This document shows, one piece after another, positions 11,482 to 27,100 of a stretch of DNA of 64,000 nt. The notes beneath the pieces were generated by a model. It was given only the letters and a program-made list of their open reading frames with translations. It searched no databases and was not told the origin of the DNA. The stretch is taken from the NCBI RefSeq assembly GCF_964355755.1, contig NC_092675.1, positions 13,077,812 through 13,141,811 on the forward strand, given 5' to 3'. A program made the translations under genes and the position numbers. How positions within the stretch are numbered: the stretch's first letter is position 1; each line of letters starts with the position of its first letter. This DNA is from Antedon mediterranea. Taxonomy: Eukaryota > Animalia > Echinodermata.

Positions 11482-14400
11482 TAGAATAGCTTCAAATCGT
11501 ATTTGGAGACGTTTTAGACCATTTTGTGATTTTCGAAAAAACTTGTTAACATAAAAACACCAATGTGCTTAGAATAGCTTCAAATCGCATTTTGAGACGT
11601 TTTAGACCATTTTGTGCATTTCGATGAAACTTGGTTACACAAAAACATCAAAGTGCTTAAAATCACATTATAAACCATTTTAGACCATTTTGAGCATTTC
11701 GATAACACTTTTCACACAAAAACATCAAAGAGCACAAAATAGCTTAATATCGTATTTAAAAACGTTTTAGACCATTTTGAGCATTTCGACAAAACTTTTT
11801 CACACAAAACACCAAAGTGCTTAGAATAGCTTCAAATCGCATTTGGAGACGTTTTAGACCATTTTGTGATTTTCGAAAAAACTTGTTAACATAAAAACAT
11901 CAAAGCGTACAGAATAACTTCAAATCGCATTTGGAGACCGTTTTAGGCCAATTTGTGATTTTCGAAAAAACTTGTTAACCTAAAAATACCAAAGTGTTTA
12001 GAATAGCTTCAAATCGCATTTGGAGACGTTTTAGACCATTTTGTGATTTTCGAAAAAACTTGTTAACATAAAAACACCAAAGTGCTTCAAATCGCATTTG
12101 GAGACATTTTAGACCAATTTGTGATTTTTGAAAAAACTTGTTAACATAAAAACACCAAAGTGCTTACAATAGCTTCAAATCGTATTTGGAGACGTTTTAG
12201 ACCATTTTGTGATTTTCGAAAAAACTTGTTAACATAAAAACACCAAAGTACTTAGAATAGCTTCAAATCGCATTTGGAGACGTTTTAGACCATTTTATGC
12301 ATTTCGATGAAACTTGGTTACACAAAAACATCAATGTGCTTAAAATCACAGTATAATCCGTTTTAGACCATTTTGAGCATTTCGATAACACTTTTCACAC
12401 AAAAACATCAAAGAGCACAAAATAGCTTAATATCGTATTTAAAAACGTTTTAGACCATTTTGAGCATTTAGACAAAACTTTTTCACACAAAACACCAAAG
12501 TGTTTAGAATAGCTTCAAATCGCATTTGGAGACGTTTTAGACCATTTTGTGATTTTCGAAAAAACTTGTTAACATAAAAACACCAAAGTGCTTCAAATCG
12601 CATTTGAGACATTTTAGACCAATTTGTGATTTTTGAAAAAACTTGTTAACATAAAAACACCAAAGTGCTTACAATAGCTTCAAATCGTATTTGGAGACGT
12701 TTTAGACCATTTTGTGATTTTCGAAAAAACTTGATAACATAAAAACACCAAAGTACTTAGAATAGCTTCAAATCGCATTTGGAGACGTTTTAGACCATTT
12801 TATGCATTTCGATGAAACTTGGTTACACAAAAACATCAAAGTGCTTAAAATCACATTATAATCCGTTTTAGACCATTTTGAGCATTTCGATAACACTTTT
12901 CACACAAAAACATCAAAGAGCACAAAATAGCTTAATATCGTATTTAAAAACTTTTTAGACCATTTTGAGCATTTCGACAAAACTTTTTCACACAAAACAC
13001 CAAAGTGCTTAGAATAGCTTCAAATCGCATTTGGAGACGTTTTAGACCATTTTGTGATTTTCGAAAAAAATTGTTAACATAAAAACATCAAAGTGTACAG
13101 AATAGCTTCAAATCGCATTTGGAGACCGTTTTAGGCCAATTTGTGATTTTCGAAAAAACTTGTTAACCTAAAAATACCAAAGTGTTTAGAATAGCTTCAA
13201 ATCGCATTTGGAGACGTTTTAGACCATTTTGTGATTTTCGAAAAAACTTGTTAACATAAAAACACCAAAGTGCTTAGAATAGCTTCAAATCACATTTGGA
13301 GACGTTTTAGACCATAAGTGCTTAGAATCACATTATAAACCGTTTTAGACCATTTTGAGCATTTCGATAACAATTTTCACACAAAAACATCAAAGAGCAC
13401 AAAATAGCTTAATATCGTATTTAAAAATGTTTTAGACCATTTTGAGCATTTAGATAAAACTTTTTCACACAAAACACCAAAGTGCTTAGAATAGCTTCAA
13501 ATCGCATTTGGAGACGTTTTAGACCATTTTGTGATTTTTGAAAAAACTTGTTAACATAAAAACACCAAAGTGCTTAGAATAGCTTCAAATCACATTTGGA
13601 GAGGTTTTAGACCATTTTGTGATTTTCGAAAAAACTTGTTAACATAAAAACACGAAAGTGCTTAGAATAGCTTCAAATCGCATTTGGAAACGTTTTAGAC
13701 CATTTTGTGATTTTCGAAAAAACTTGTTAACATAAAAACATGAAAGTGCTTAGAATAGCTTCAAATCGTATTTGGAGACGTTTTAGACCATTTTGTGATT
13801 TTCGAAAAAACTTGTTAACATAAAAACACCAATGTGCTTAGAAAAGCTTCAAATCGCATTTTGAGACGTTTTAGACCATTTTGTGCATTTCGATGAAACT
13901 TGGTTACACAAAAACATCAAAGTGCTTAAAATCACATTATAAACCATTTTAGACCATTTTGAGCATTTCGATAACACTTTTCACACAAAAACATCAAAGA
14001 GCACAAAATAGCTTAATATCGTATTTAAAAACGTTTTAGACCATTTTGAGCATTTCGACAAAACTTTTTCACACAAAACACCAAAGTGCTTAGAATAGCT
14101 TCAAATCGCATTTGGAGACGTTTTAGACCATTTTGTGATTTTCGAAAAAACTTGTTAACATAAAAACATCAAAGTGTACAGAATAACTTCAAATCGCATT
14201 TGGAGACCGTTTTAGGCCAATTTGTGATTTTCGAAAAAACTTGTTAACCTAAAAATACCAAAGTGTTTAGAATAGCTTCAAATCGCATTTGGAGACGTTT
14301 TAGACCATTTTGTGATTTTCGAAAAAACTTGTTAACATAAAAACACCAAAGTGCTTCAAATCGCATTTGGAGACATTTTAGACCAATTTGTGATTTTTGA

Positions 14401-17400
14401 AAAAACTTGTTAACATAAAAACACCAAAGTGCATACAATAGCTTCAAATCGTATTTGGAGACGTTTTAGACCATTTTGTGATTTTCGAAAAAACTTGTTA
14501 ACATAAAAACACCAAAGTACTTAGAATAGCTTCAAATCGAATTTGGAGACGTTTTAGACCATTTTATGCATTTCGATGAAACTTGGTTACACAAAAACAT
14601 CAATGTGCTTAAAATCACATTATAATCCGTTTTAGACCATTTTGAGCATTTCGATAACACTTTTCACACAAAAACATCAAAGAGCACAAAATAGCTTAAT
14701 ATCGTATTTAAAAACGTTTTAGACCATTTTGAGCATTTAGACAAAACTTTTTCACACAAAACACCAAAGTGTTTAGAATAGCTTCAAATCGCATTTGGAG
14801 ACGTTTTAGACCATTTTGTGATTTTCGAAAAAACTTGTTAACATAAAAACACCAAAGTGCTTCAAATCGCATTTGAGACATTTTAGACCAATTTGTGATT
14901 TTTGAAAAAACTTGTTAACATAAAAACACCAAAGTGCTTACAATAGCTTCAAATCGTATTTGGAGACGTTTTAGACCATTTTGTGATTTTCGAAAAAACT
15001 TGTTAACATAAAAACACCAAAGTACTTAGAATAGCTTCAAATCGCATTTGGAGACGTTTTAGACCATTTTATGCATTTCGATGAAACTTGGTTACACAAA
15101 AACATCAAAGTGCTTAAAATCACATTATAATCCGTTTTAGACCATTTTGAGCATTTCGATAACACTTTTCACACAAAAACATCAAAGAGCACAAAATAGC
15201 TTAATATCGTATTTAAAAACTTTTTAGACCATTTTGAGCATTTCGACAAAACTTTTTCACACAAAACACCAAAGTGCTTAGAATAGCTTCAAATCGCATT
15301 TGGAGACGTTTTAGACCATTTTGTGATTTTCGAAAAAAATTGTTAACATAAAAACATCAAAGTGTACAGAATAGCTTCAAATCGCATTTGGAGACCGTTT
15401 TAGGCCAATTTGTGATTTTCGAAAAAACTTGTTAACCTAAAAATACCAAAGTGTTTAGAATAGCTTCAAATCGCATTTGGAGACGTTTTAGACCATTTTG
15501 TGATTTTCGAAAAAACTTGTTAACATAAAAACACCAAAGTGCTTAGAATAGCTTCAAATCACATTTGGAGACGTTTTAGACCATAAGTGCTTAGAATCAC
15601 ATTATAAACCGTTTTAGACCATTTTGAGCATTTCGATAACAATTTTCACACAAAAACATCAAAGAGCACAAAATAGCCTAATATCGTATTTAAAAATGTT
15701 TTAGACCATTTTGAGCATTTAGATAAAACTTTTTCACACAAAACACCAAAGTGCTTAGAATAGCTTCAAATCGCATTTGGAGACGTTTTAGACCATTTTG
15801 TGATTTTTGAAAAAACTTGTTAACATAAAAACACCAAAGTGCTTAGAATAGCTTCAAATCACATTTGGAGACGTTTTAGACCATTTTGTGATTTTCGAAA
15901 AAACTTGTTAACATAAAAACACGAAAGTGCTTAGAATAGCTTCAAATCGCATTTGGAAACGTTTTAGACCATTTAGTGATTTTCGAAAAAACTTGTTAAC
16001 ATAAAAACACGAAAGTGCTTAGAATAGCTTCAAATCGCATTTGGAAACGTTTTAGACCATTTTGTGATTTTCGAAAAAAATTGTTAACATAAAAACACCA
16101 AAGTGTTTAGAATAGCTTCAAATCGCATTTGGAGACGTTTTAGACCAATTTGTGATTTTCGAAAAAACTTATCAACATAAAAACACCAAAGGGTTTAGAA
16201 TAGCTTCAAATCGCATTTGGAGACGTTTTAGACCATTTTGTGATTTTCGAAAAAACTTGTTAACATAAAAACACGAAAGTGCTTAGAATAGCTTCAAATC
16301 GCATTTGGAAACGTTTTAGACCATTTTGTGATTTTCGAAAAAACTTGTTAACATAAAAACATGAAAGTGCTTAGAATAGCTTCAAATCGTATTTGGAGAC
16401 GTTTTAGACCATTTTGTGATTTTCGAAAAAACTTGTTAACATAAAATCACCAATGTGCTTAGAATAGCTTCAAATCGCATTTTGAGACGTTTTAGACCAT
16501 TTTGTGCATTTCGATGAAACTTGGTTACACAAAAACATCAAAGTGCTTAAAATCACATTATAAACCATTTTAGACCATTTTGAGCATTTCGATAACACTT
16601 TTCACACAAAAACATCAAAGAGCACAAAATAGCTTAATATCGTATTTAAAAACGTTTTAGACCATTTTGAGCATTTCGACAAAACTTTTTCACACAAAAC
16701 ACCAAAGTGCTTAGAATAGCTTCAAATCGCATTTGGAGACGTTTTAGACCATTTTGTGATTTTCGAAAAAACTTGTTAACATAAAAACATCAAAGTGTAC
16801 AGAATAACTTCAAATCGCATTTGGAGACCGTTTTAGGCCAATTTGTGATTTTCGAAAAAACTTGTTAACCTAAAAATATCAAAGTGTTTAGAATAGCTTC
16901 AAATCGCATTTGGAGACGTTTTAGACCATTTTGTGATTTTCGAAAAAACTTGTTAACATAAAAACACCAAAGTGCTTCAAATCGCATTTGGAGACATTTT
17001 AGACCAATTTGTGATTTTTGAAAAAACTTGTTAACATAAAAACACCAAAGTGCTTACAATAGCTTCAAATCGTATTTGGAGACGTTTTAGACCATTTTGT
17101 GATTTTCGAAAAAACTTGTTAACATAAAAACACCAAAGTACTTAGAATAGCTTCAAATCGCATTTGGAGACGTTTTAGACCATTTTATGCATTTCGATGA
17201 AACTTGGTTACACAAAAACATCAATGTGCTTAAAATCACATTATAATCCGTTTTAGACCATTTTGAGCATTTCGATAACACTTTTCACACAAAAACATCA
17301 AAGAGCACAAAATAGCTTAATATCGTATTTAAAAACGTTTTAGACCATTTTGAGCATTTAGACAAAACTTTTTCACACAAAACACCAAAGTGTTTAGAAT

Positions 17401-18180
17401 AGCTTCAAATCGCATTTGGAGACGTTTTAGACCATTTTGTGATTTTTGAAAAAACTTGTTAACATAAAAACACCAAAGTGCTTCAAATCGCATTTGAGAC
17501 ATTTTAGACCAATTTGTGATTTTTGAAAAAACTTGTTAACATAAAAACACCAAAGTGCTTACAATAGCTTCAAATCGTATTTGGAGACGTTTTAGACCAT
17601 TTTGTGATTTTCGAAAAAACTTGTTAACATAAAAACACCAAAGTACTTAGAATAGCTTCAAATCGCATTTGGAGACGTTTTAGACCATTTTATGCATTTC
17701 GATGAAACTTGGTTACACAAAAACATCAAAGTGCTTAAAATCACATTATAATCCGTTTTAGACCATTTTGAGCATTTCGATAACACTTTTCACACAAAAA
17801 CATCAAAGAGCACAAAATAGCTTAATATCGTATTTAAAAACTTTTTAGACCATTTTGAGCATTTCGACAAAACTTTTTCACACAAATCACCAAAGTGCTT
17901 AGAATAGCTTCAAATCGCATTTGGAGACGTTTTAGACCATTTTGTGATTTTCGAAAAAAATTGTTAACATAAAAACATCAAAGTGTACAGAATAGCTTCA
18001 AATCGCATTTGGAGACCGTTTTAGGCCAATTTGTGATTTTCGAAAAAACTTGTTAACCTAAAAATACCAAAGTGTTTAGAATAGCTTCAAATCGCATTTG
18101 GAGACGTTTTAGACCATTTTGTGATTTTCGAAAAAACTTGTTAACATAAAAACACCAAAGTGCTTAGAATAGCTTCAAAT
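11482..18180 (+). repeat. Tandem 27-monomer higher-order repeat (2269 bp): two full copies plus a partial third
   Basis: G(T/C)GTACAG markers at 11905/14174 and 13093/15362, and CCATAAG at 13312/15581, are all offset 2269. The third copy marker at 16795 is offset 2621 (2269 + 4x88). Confidence 0.85.
13751..16389 (+). repeat. Near-identical duplicate of 1-2639 (offset 13750)
   Basis: Shared rare variants GAAAAGCTTC (91/13841), GCATACAATA (681/14431), AAATAGCCTA (1921/15671), ATTTAGTG (2221/15971). Identical spurious ORF at 494 and 14244. Confidence 0.92.
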
Positions 18181-21100
18181 CGCATTTGGAGACATTTTAG
18201 ACCAATTTGTGATTTTCTAAAAAACTTATCAACATAAAAACACCAAAGGGTTTAGAATATCTTCAAATCGCATTTGGAGACGTTTTAGACCATTTTGTGA
18301 TTTTCGAAAAAACTTGTTAACATAAAAACACCAAAGTGCTTAGAATAGCTTCAAATCGCATTTGGAGACGTTTTAGACCAATTTGTGATTTTCGAAAAAA
18401 CTTATCAACATAAAAACACCAAAGGGTTTAGAATAGCTTCATTTGGAGACGTTTTAGACCATTTTGTGATTTTGAAAAAACTTGTTAACATAAAAACACC
18501 AAAGTGCTTAGAATAGCTTCAAATCGCATTTGGAGACGTTTTAGACCATTTTGTGATTTTCGAAAAAACTTGTTAACATAAAAACACCAAAGTGCTTAGA
18601 ATAGCTTCAAATCGTATTTGGAGACGTTTTAGACCATTTTGAGATTTTCGAAAAAACTTGGTTACACAAAAACATCAAAGTGCTTAAAATCACATTATAA
18701 ACCGTTTTAGACCATTTTGAGCATTTCGATAACACTTTTCACACAAAAACATCAAAGAGCACAAAATAGCTTAATATCGTATTTAAAAACGTTTTAGACC
18801 ATTTTGAGCATTTAGACAAAACTTTTTCACACAAAACACCAAAGTGCTTAGAATAGCTTCAAATCGCATTTGGAGACGTTTTAGAACATTTTGTGTTTTT
18901 CGAAAAAAACTGTTAACATAAAAACACCAAAGTGCTTAGAATAGCTTCAAATCGCATTTGGAGACGTTTTAGAACATTTTGTGTTCTTCGAAAAAACCTG
19001 TTAACATAAAAACACCAAAGTGCTTAGAATAGCTTCAAATCGCATTTGGAGACGTTTTAGACCATTTTGTGATTTTTGAAAAAACTTGTTAACATGAAAA
19101 CACCAAAGTGCTTAGAATAGCTTCAAATCACATTTGGAGACGTTTTAGACCATTTTGTGATTTTCGAAAAAACTTGTTAACATAAAAACACGAAAGTGGT
19201 TAGAATAGCTTCAAATCGCATTTGGAAACGTTTTAGACCATTTTGTGATTTTCGAAAAAGATTGTTAACATAAAAACACCAAAGTGCTTAGAATCACAAT
19301 ATAAACCGTTTTAGACCATTTTGAGCATTTCGATAACAATTTTCACACAAAAACATCAAAGAGCACAAAATAGCTTAATATCGTATTTAAAAATGTTTTA
19401 GACCATTTTGAGCATTTAGATAAAACTTTTTCACACAAAACACCAAAGTGCTTAGAATAGCTTCAAATCGCATTTGGAGACGGTTTAGACCATTTTGTGA
19501 TTTTGAAAAAACTTGTTAACATAAAAACACCAAAGTGCTTAGAATAGCTTCAAATCGCATTTGGAGACGTTTTAGACCATTTTGTGATTTTCGAAAGAAC
19601 TTGTTAACATAAAAACACCAAAGTGCTTAGAATAGCTTCAAATCGTATTTGGAGACGTTTTAGACCATTTTGAGATTTTCGAAAAAACTTGGTTACACAA
19701 AAACATCAAAGTGCTTAAAATCACATTATAGACCGTTTTAGACCATTTTGAACATTTCGATAACACTTTTCACACAAAAACATCAAAGAGCACAAAATAG
19801 CTTAATATCGTATTTAAAAACGTTTTAGACCATTTTGAGCATTTCGACAAAACTTTTTCACACAAAACACCAAAGTGCTTAGAATAGCTTCAAATCGCAT
19901 TTGGAGACGTTTTAGACCAATTTGTGCATTTCGATGAAACTTGATTACACAAAAACATCAACGTGCTTAAAATCACATTATAAACCGTTTTAGACCATTT
20001 TGAGCATTTCGATAACACTTTTCACACAAAAACATCAAAGAGCACAAAATAGCTTAATATCGTATTTAAAAACGTTTTAGACCATTTTTTGAGCATTTAG
20101 ACAAAACTTTTTCACACAAAACACCAAAGTGCTTAGAATAGCTTCAAATCGCATTTGGAGACGTTTTAGACCATTTTGTGCATTTCGATGAAACTTGGTT
20201 ACACAAAAACATCAAAGTGCTTAAAATGACATTATAAATCGTTTTAGACCATTTTGAGCATTTCGACAAAACTTTTTCACACAAAATACCAAAGGGCTTC
20301 AAATCGCATTTGGAGACGTTTTAGACCATTTTGTGATTTTCGAAAAAACTTTTTAACATAAAAACACCAAAGTGCTTAGAATAGCTTCAAATCACATTTG
20401 GAGACGTTTTAGACCATTTTGTGATTTTCGAAAAAACTTGTTAACATAAAAACACGAAAGTGCTTAGAATAGCTTCAAATCGCATTTGGAAACGTTTTAG
20501 ACCATTTTGTGATTTTCGAAAAAAATTGTTAACATAAAAACACCAAAGTGCTTAGAATCACATTATAAACCGTTTTAGACCATTTTGAGCATTTCGATAA
20601 CAATTTTCACACAAAAACATCAAAGAGCACAAAATAGCTTAATATCGTATTTAAAAATGTTTTAGACCATTTTGAGCATTTAGATAAAACTTTTTCACAC
20701 AAAACACCAAAGTGCTTAGAATAGCTTCAAATCGCATTTGGAGACGTTTTAGACCATTTTGTGATTTTTGAAAAAACTTGTTAACATAAAAACACCAAAG
20801 TGTTAGAATAGCTTCAAATCACATTTGGAGACGTTTCAGACCATTTTGTGATTTTCGAAAAAACTTGTTAACATAAAAACACGAAAGTGCTTAGAATAGC
20901 TTCAAATCGAATTTGGAAACGTTTTAGACCATTTTGTGATTTTCGAAAAAACTTGTTAACATAAAAACACGAAAGTGCTTAGAATAGCTTCAAATCGCAT
21001 TTGGAAACGTTTTAGACCATTTTGTGATTTTCGAAAAAAATTGTTAACATAAAAACACCAAAGTGTTTGGAATAGCTTCAAATCGCATTTGGAGACGTTT

Positions 21101-24100
21101 TAGACCAATTTGTGATTTTCGAAAAAACTTATCAACATAAAAACACCAAAGGGTTTAGAATAGCTTCAAATCGCATTTGGAGACGTTTTAGACCATTTTG
21201 TGATTTTGAAAAAACTTGTTAACATAAAAACACCAAAGTGCTTAGAATAGCTTCAAATCGCATTTGGAGACGTTTTAGACCATTTTGTGATTTTCGAAAA
21301 AACTTGTTAACATAAAAACACCAAAGTGCTTAGAATAGCTTCAAATCGTATTTGGAGACGTTTTAGACCATTTTGAGATTTTCGAAAAAACTTGGTTACA
21401 CAAAAACATCAAAGTGCTTAAAATCACATTATAAACGGTTTTAGACCATTTTGAGCATTTCGATAACACTTTTCACACAAAAACATCAAAGAGCACAAAA
21501 TAGCTTAATATCGTATTTAAAAACGTTTTAGACCATTTTGAGCATTTCGACAAAACTTTTTCACACAAAACACCAAAGTGCTTAGAATAGCTTCAAATCG
21601 CATTTGGAGACGTTTTAGACCAATTTGTGCATTTCGATGAAACTTGATTACACAAAAACATCAAAGTGCTTAAAATCACATTATAAACCGTTTTAGACCA
21701 TTTTGAGCATTTCGATAACACTTTTCACACAAAAACATCAAAGAGCACAAAATAGCTTAATATCGTATTTAAAAACGTTTTAGACCATTTTGAGCATTTA
21801 GACAAAACTTTTTCACACAAAACACCAAAGTGCTTAGAATAGCTTCAAATCGCATTTGGAGACGTTTTAGAACATTTTGTGTTTTTCGAAAAAAACTGTT
21901 AACATAAAAACACCAAAGTGCTTAGAATAGCTTCAAATCGCATTTGGAGACGTTTTAGAACATTTTGTGTTCGTCGAAAAAACCTGTTAACATAAAAACA
22001 CCAAAGTGCTTAGAATAGCTTCAAATCGCATTTGGAGACGTTTTAGACCATTTTGTGATTTTTGAAAAAACTTGTTAACATAAAAACACCAAAGTGCTTA
22101 GAATAGCTTCAAATCACATTTGGAGACGTTTTAGACCATTTTGTGATTTTCGAAAAAACTTGTTAACATAAAAACACGAAAGTGCTTAGAATAGCTTCAA
22201 ATCGCATTTGGAAACGTTTTAGACCATTTTGTGATTTTCGAAAAAGATTGTTAACATAAAAACACCAAAGTGCTTAGAATCACAATATAAACCGTTTTAG
22301 ACCATTTTGAGCATTTCGATAACAATTTTCACACAAAAACATCAAAGAGCACAAAATAGCTTAATATCGTATTTAAAAATGTTTTAGACCATTTTGAGCA
22401 TTTAGATAAAATTTTTCACACAAAACACCAAAGTGCTTAGAATAGCTTCAAATCGCATTTGGAGACGGTTTAGACCATTTTGTGATTTTGAAAAAACTTG
22501 TTAACATAAAAACACCAAAGTGCTTAGAATAGCTTCAAATCGCATTTGGAGACGTTTTAGACCATTTTGTGATTTTCGAAAAAACTTGTTAACATAAAAA
22601 CACCAAAGTGCTTAGAATAGCTTCAAATCGTATTTGGAGACGTTTTAGACCATTTTGAGATTTTCGAAAAAACTTGGTTACACAAAAACATCAAAGTGCT
22701 TAAAATCACATTATAATCCGTTTTAGACCATTTTGAGCATTTCGATAACACTTTTCACACAAAAACATCAAAGAGCACAAAATAGCTTAATATCGTATTT
22801 AAAAACGTTTTAGACCATTTTGAGCATTTAGACAAAACTTTTTCACACAAAACACCAAAGTGTTTAGAATAGCTTCAAATCGCATTTGGAGACGTTTTAG
22901 ACCATTTTGTGATTTTCGAAAAAACTTGTTAACATAAAAACACCAAAGTGCTTCAAATCGCATTTGAGACATTTTAGACCAATTTGTGATTTTTGAAAAA
23001 ACTTGTTAACATAAAAACACCAAAGTGCTTACAATAGCTTCAAATCGTATTTGGAGACGTTTTAGACCATTTTGTGATTTTCGAAAAAACTTGTTAACAT
23101 AAAAACACCAAAGTACTTAGAATAGCTTCAAATCGCATTTGGAGACGTTTTAGACCATTTTATGCATTTCGATGAAACTTGGTTACACAAAAACATCAAT
23201 GTGCTTAAAATCACATTATAATCCGTTTTAGACCATTTTGAGCATTTCGATAACACTTTTCACACAAAAACATCAAAGAGCACAAAATAGCTTAATATCG
23301 TATTTAAAAACTTTTTAGACCATTTTGAGCATTTCGACAAAACTTTTTCACACAAAACACCAAAGTGCTTAGAATAGCTTCAAATCGCATTTGGAGACGT
23401 TTTAGACCATTTTGTGATTTTCGAAAAAAATTGTTAACATAAAAACATCAAAGTGTACAGAATAGCTTCAAATCGCATTTGGAGACCGTTTTAGGCCAAA
23501 TTGTGATTTTCGAAAAAACTTGTTAACCTAAAAATACCAAAGTGTTTAGAATAGCTTCAAATCGCATTTGGAGACGTTTTAGACCATTTTGTGATTTTCG
23601 AAAAAACTTGTTAACATAAAAACACCAAAGTGCTTAGAATAGCTTCAAATCGCATTTGGAGACATTTTAGACCAATTTGTGATTTTCTAAAAAACTTATC
23701 AACATAAAAACACCAAAGGGTTTAGAATATCTTCAAATCGCATTTGGAGACGTTTTAGACCATTTTGTGATTTTCGAAAAAACTTGTTAACATAAAAACA
23801 CCAAAGTGCTTAGAATAGCTTCAAATCGCATTTGGAGACGTTTTAGACCAATTTGTGATTTTCGAAAAAACTTATCAACATAAAAACACCAAAGGGTTTA
23901 GAATAGCTTCATTTGGAGACGTTTTAGACCATTTTGTGATTTTGAAAAAACTTGTTAACATAAAAACACCAAAGTGCTTAGAAAAGCTTCAAATCGCATT
24001 TGGAGACGTTTTAGACCATTTTGTGATTTTCGAAAAAACTTGTTAACATAAAAACACCAAAGTGCTTAGAATAGCTTCAAATCGTATTTGGAGACGTTTT

Positions 24101-27100
24101 AGACCATTTTGAGATTTTCGAAAAAACTTGGTTACACAAAAACATCAAAGTGCTTAAAATCACATTATAAACCGTTTTAGACCATTTTGAGCATTTCGAT
24201 AACACTTTTCACACAAAAACATCAAAGAGCACAAAATAGCTTAATATCGTATTTAAAAACGTTTTAGACCATTTTGAGCATTTAGACAAAACTTTTTCAC
24301 ACAAAACACCAAAGTGCTTAGAATAGCTTCAAATCGCATTTGGAGACGTTTTAGAACATTTTGTGTTTTTCGAAAAAAACTGTTAACATAAAAACACCAA
24401 AGTGCTTAGAATAGCTTCAAATCGCATTTGGAGACGTTTTAGAACATTTTGTGTTCTTCGAAAAAACCTGTTAACATAAAAACACCAAAGTGCTTAGAAT
24501 AGCTTCAAATCGCATTTGGAGACGTTTTAGACCATTTTGTGATTTTTGAAAAAACTTGTTAACATAAAAACACCAAAGTGCTTAGAATAGCTTCAAATCA
24601 CATTTGGAGACGTTTTAGACCATTTTGTGATTTTCGAAAAAACTTGTTAACATAAAAACACGAAAGTGGTTAGAATAGCTTCAAATCGCATTTGGAAACG
24701 TTTTAGACCATTTTGTGATTTTCGAAAAAGATTGTTAACATAAAAACACCAAAGTGCTTAGAATCACAATATAAACCGTTTTAGACCATTTTGAGCATTT
24801 CGATAACAATTTTCACACAAAAACATCAAAGAGCACAAAATAGCTTAATATCGTATTTAAAAATGTTTTAGACCATTTTGAGCATTTAGATAAAACTTTT
24901 TCACACAAAACACCAAAGTGCTTAGAATAGCTTCAAATCGCATTTGGAGACGGTTTAGACCATTTTGTGATTTTGAAAAAACTTGTTAACATAAAAACAC
25001 CAAAGTGCTTAGAATAGCTTCAAATCGCATTTGGAGACGTTTTAGACCATTTTGTGATTTTCGAAAGAACTTGTTAACATAAAAACACCAAAGTGCTTAG
25101 AATAGCTTCAAATCGTATTTGGAGACGTTTTAGACCATTTTGAGATTTTCGAAAAAACTTGGTTACACAAAAACATCAAAGTGCTTAAAATCACATTATA
25201 AACCGTTTTAGACCATTTTGAACATTTCGATAACACTTTTCACACAAAAACATCAAAGAGCACAAAATAGCTTAATATCGTATTTAAAAACGTTTTAGAC
25301 CATTTTGAGCATTTCGACAAAACTTTTTCACACAAAACACCAAAGTGCTTAGAATAGCTTCAAATCGCATTTGGAGACGTTTTAGACCAATTTGTGCATT
25401 TCGATGAAACTTGATTACACAAAAACATCAACGTTCTTAAAATCACATTATAAACCGTTTTAGACCATTTTGAGCATTTCGATAACACTTTTCACACAAA
25501 AACATCAAAGAGCACAAAATAGCTTAATATCGTATTTAAAAACGTTTTAGACCATTTTTTGAGCATTTAGACAAAACTTTTTCACACAAAACACCAAAGT
25601 GCTTAGAATAGCTTCAAATCGCATTTGGAGACGTTTTAGACCATTTTGTGCATTTCGATGAAACTTGGTTACACAAAAACATCAAAGTGCTTAAAATGAC
25701 ATTATAAATCGTTTTAGACCATTTTGAGCATTTCGACAAAACTTTTTCACACAAAATACCAAAGGGCTTCAAATCGCATTTGGAGACGTTTTAGACCATT
25801 TTGTGATTTTCGAAAAAACTTTTTAACATAAAAACACCAAAGTGCTTAGAATAGCTTCAAATCGCATTTGGAAACGTTTTAGACCATTTTGTGATTTTCG
25901 AAAAAAATTGTTAACATAAAAACACCAAAGTGTTTAGAATAGCTTCAAATCGCATTTGGAGACGTTTTAGACCATTTTGTGATTTTCGAAAAAAATTGTT
26001 AACATAAAAACACCAAAGTGCTTAGAATCACATTATAAACCGTTTTAGACCATTTTGAGAAATTCGATAACAATTTTCACACAAAAACATCAAAGAGCAC
26101 AAAATAGCTTAATATCGTATTTAAAAATGTTTTAGACCATTTTGAGCATTTAGATAAAACTTTTTCACACAAAACACCAAAGTGCTTAGAATAGCTTCAA
26201 ATCGCATTTGGAGACGTTTTAGACCATTTTGTGATTTTTGAAAAAACTTGTTAACATAAAAACACCAAAGTGTTAGAATAGCTTCAAATCACATTTGGAG
26301 ACGTTTCAGACCATTTTGTGATTTTCGAAAAAACTTGTTAACATAAAAACACGAAAGTGCTTAGAATAGCTTCAAATCGAATTTGGAAACGTTTTAGACC
26401 ATTTTGTGATTTTCGAAAAAACTTGTTAACATAAAAACACGAAAGTGCTTAGAATAGCTTCAAATCGCATTTGGAAACGTTTTAGACCATTTTGTGATTT
26501 TCGAAAAAAATTGTTAACATAAAAACACCAAAGTGTTTAGAATAGCTTCAAATCGCATTTGGAGACGTTTTAGACCAATTTGTGATTTTCGAAAAAACTT
26601 ATCAACATAAAAACACCAAAGGGTTTAGAATAGCTTCAAATCGCATTTGGAGACGTTTTAGACCATTTTGTGATTTTGAAAAAACTTGTTAACATAAAAA
26701 CACCAAAGTGCTTAGAATAGCTTCAAATCGCATTTGGAGACGTTTTAGACCATTTTGTGATTTTCGAAAAAACTTGTTAACATAAAAACACCAAAGTGCT
26801 TAGAATAGCTTCAAATCGTATTTGGAGGACGTTTTAGACCATTTTGAGATTTTCGAAAAAACTTGGTTACACAAAAACATCAAAGTGCTTAAAATCACAT
26901 TATAAACCGTTTTAGACCATTTTGAGCATTTCGATAACACTTTTCACACAAAAACATCAAAGAGCACAAAATAGCTTAATATCGTATTTAAAAACGTTTT
27001 AGACCATTTTGAGCATTTCGACAAAACTTTTTCACACAAAACACCAAAGTGCTTAGAATAGCTTCAAATCGCATTTGGAGACGTTTTAGACCAATTTGTG

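Noticed and set aside
23855-24046. 63-aa plus-strand ORF
   Set aside because: Opened by a 7-bp deletion and a TAG>AAG change in the repeat; non-ATG start and repetitive peptide.
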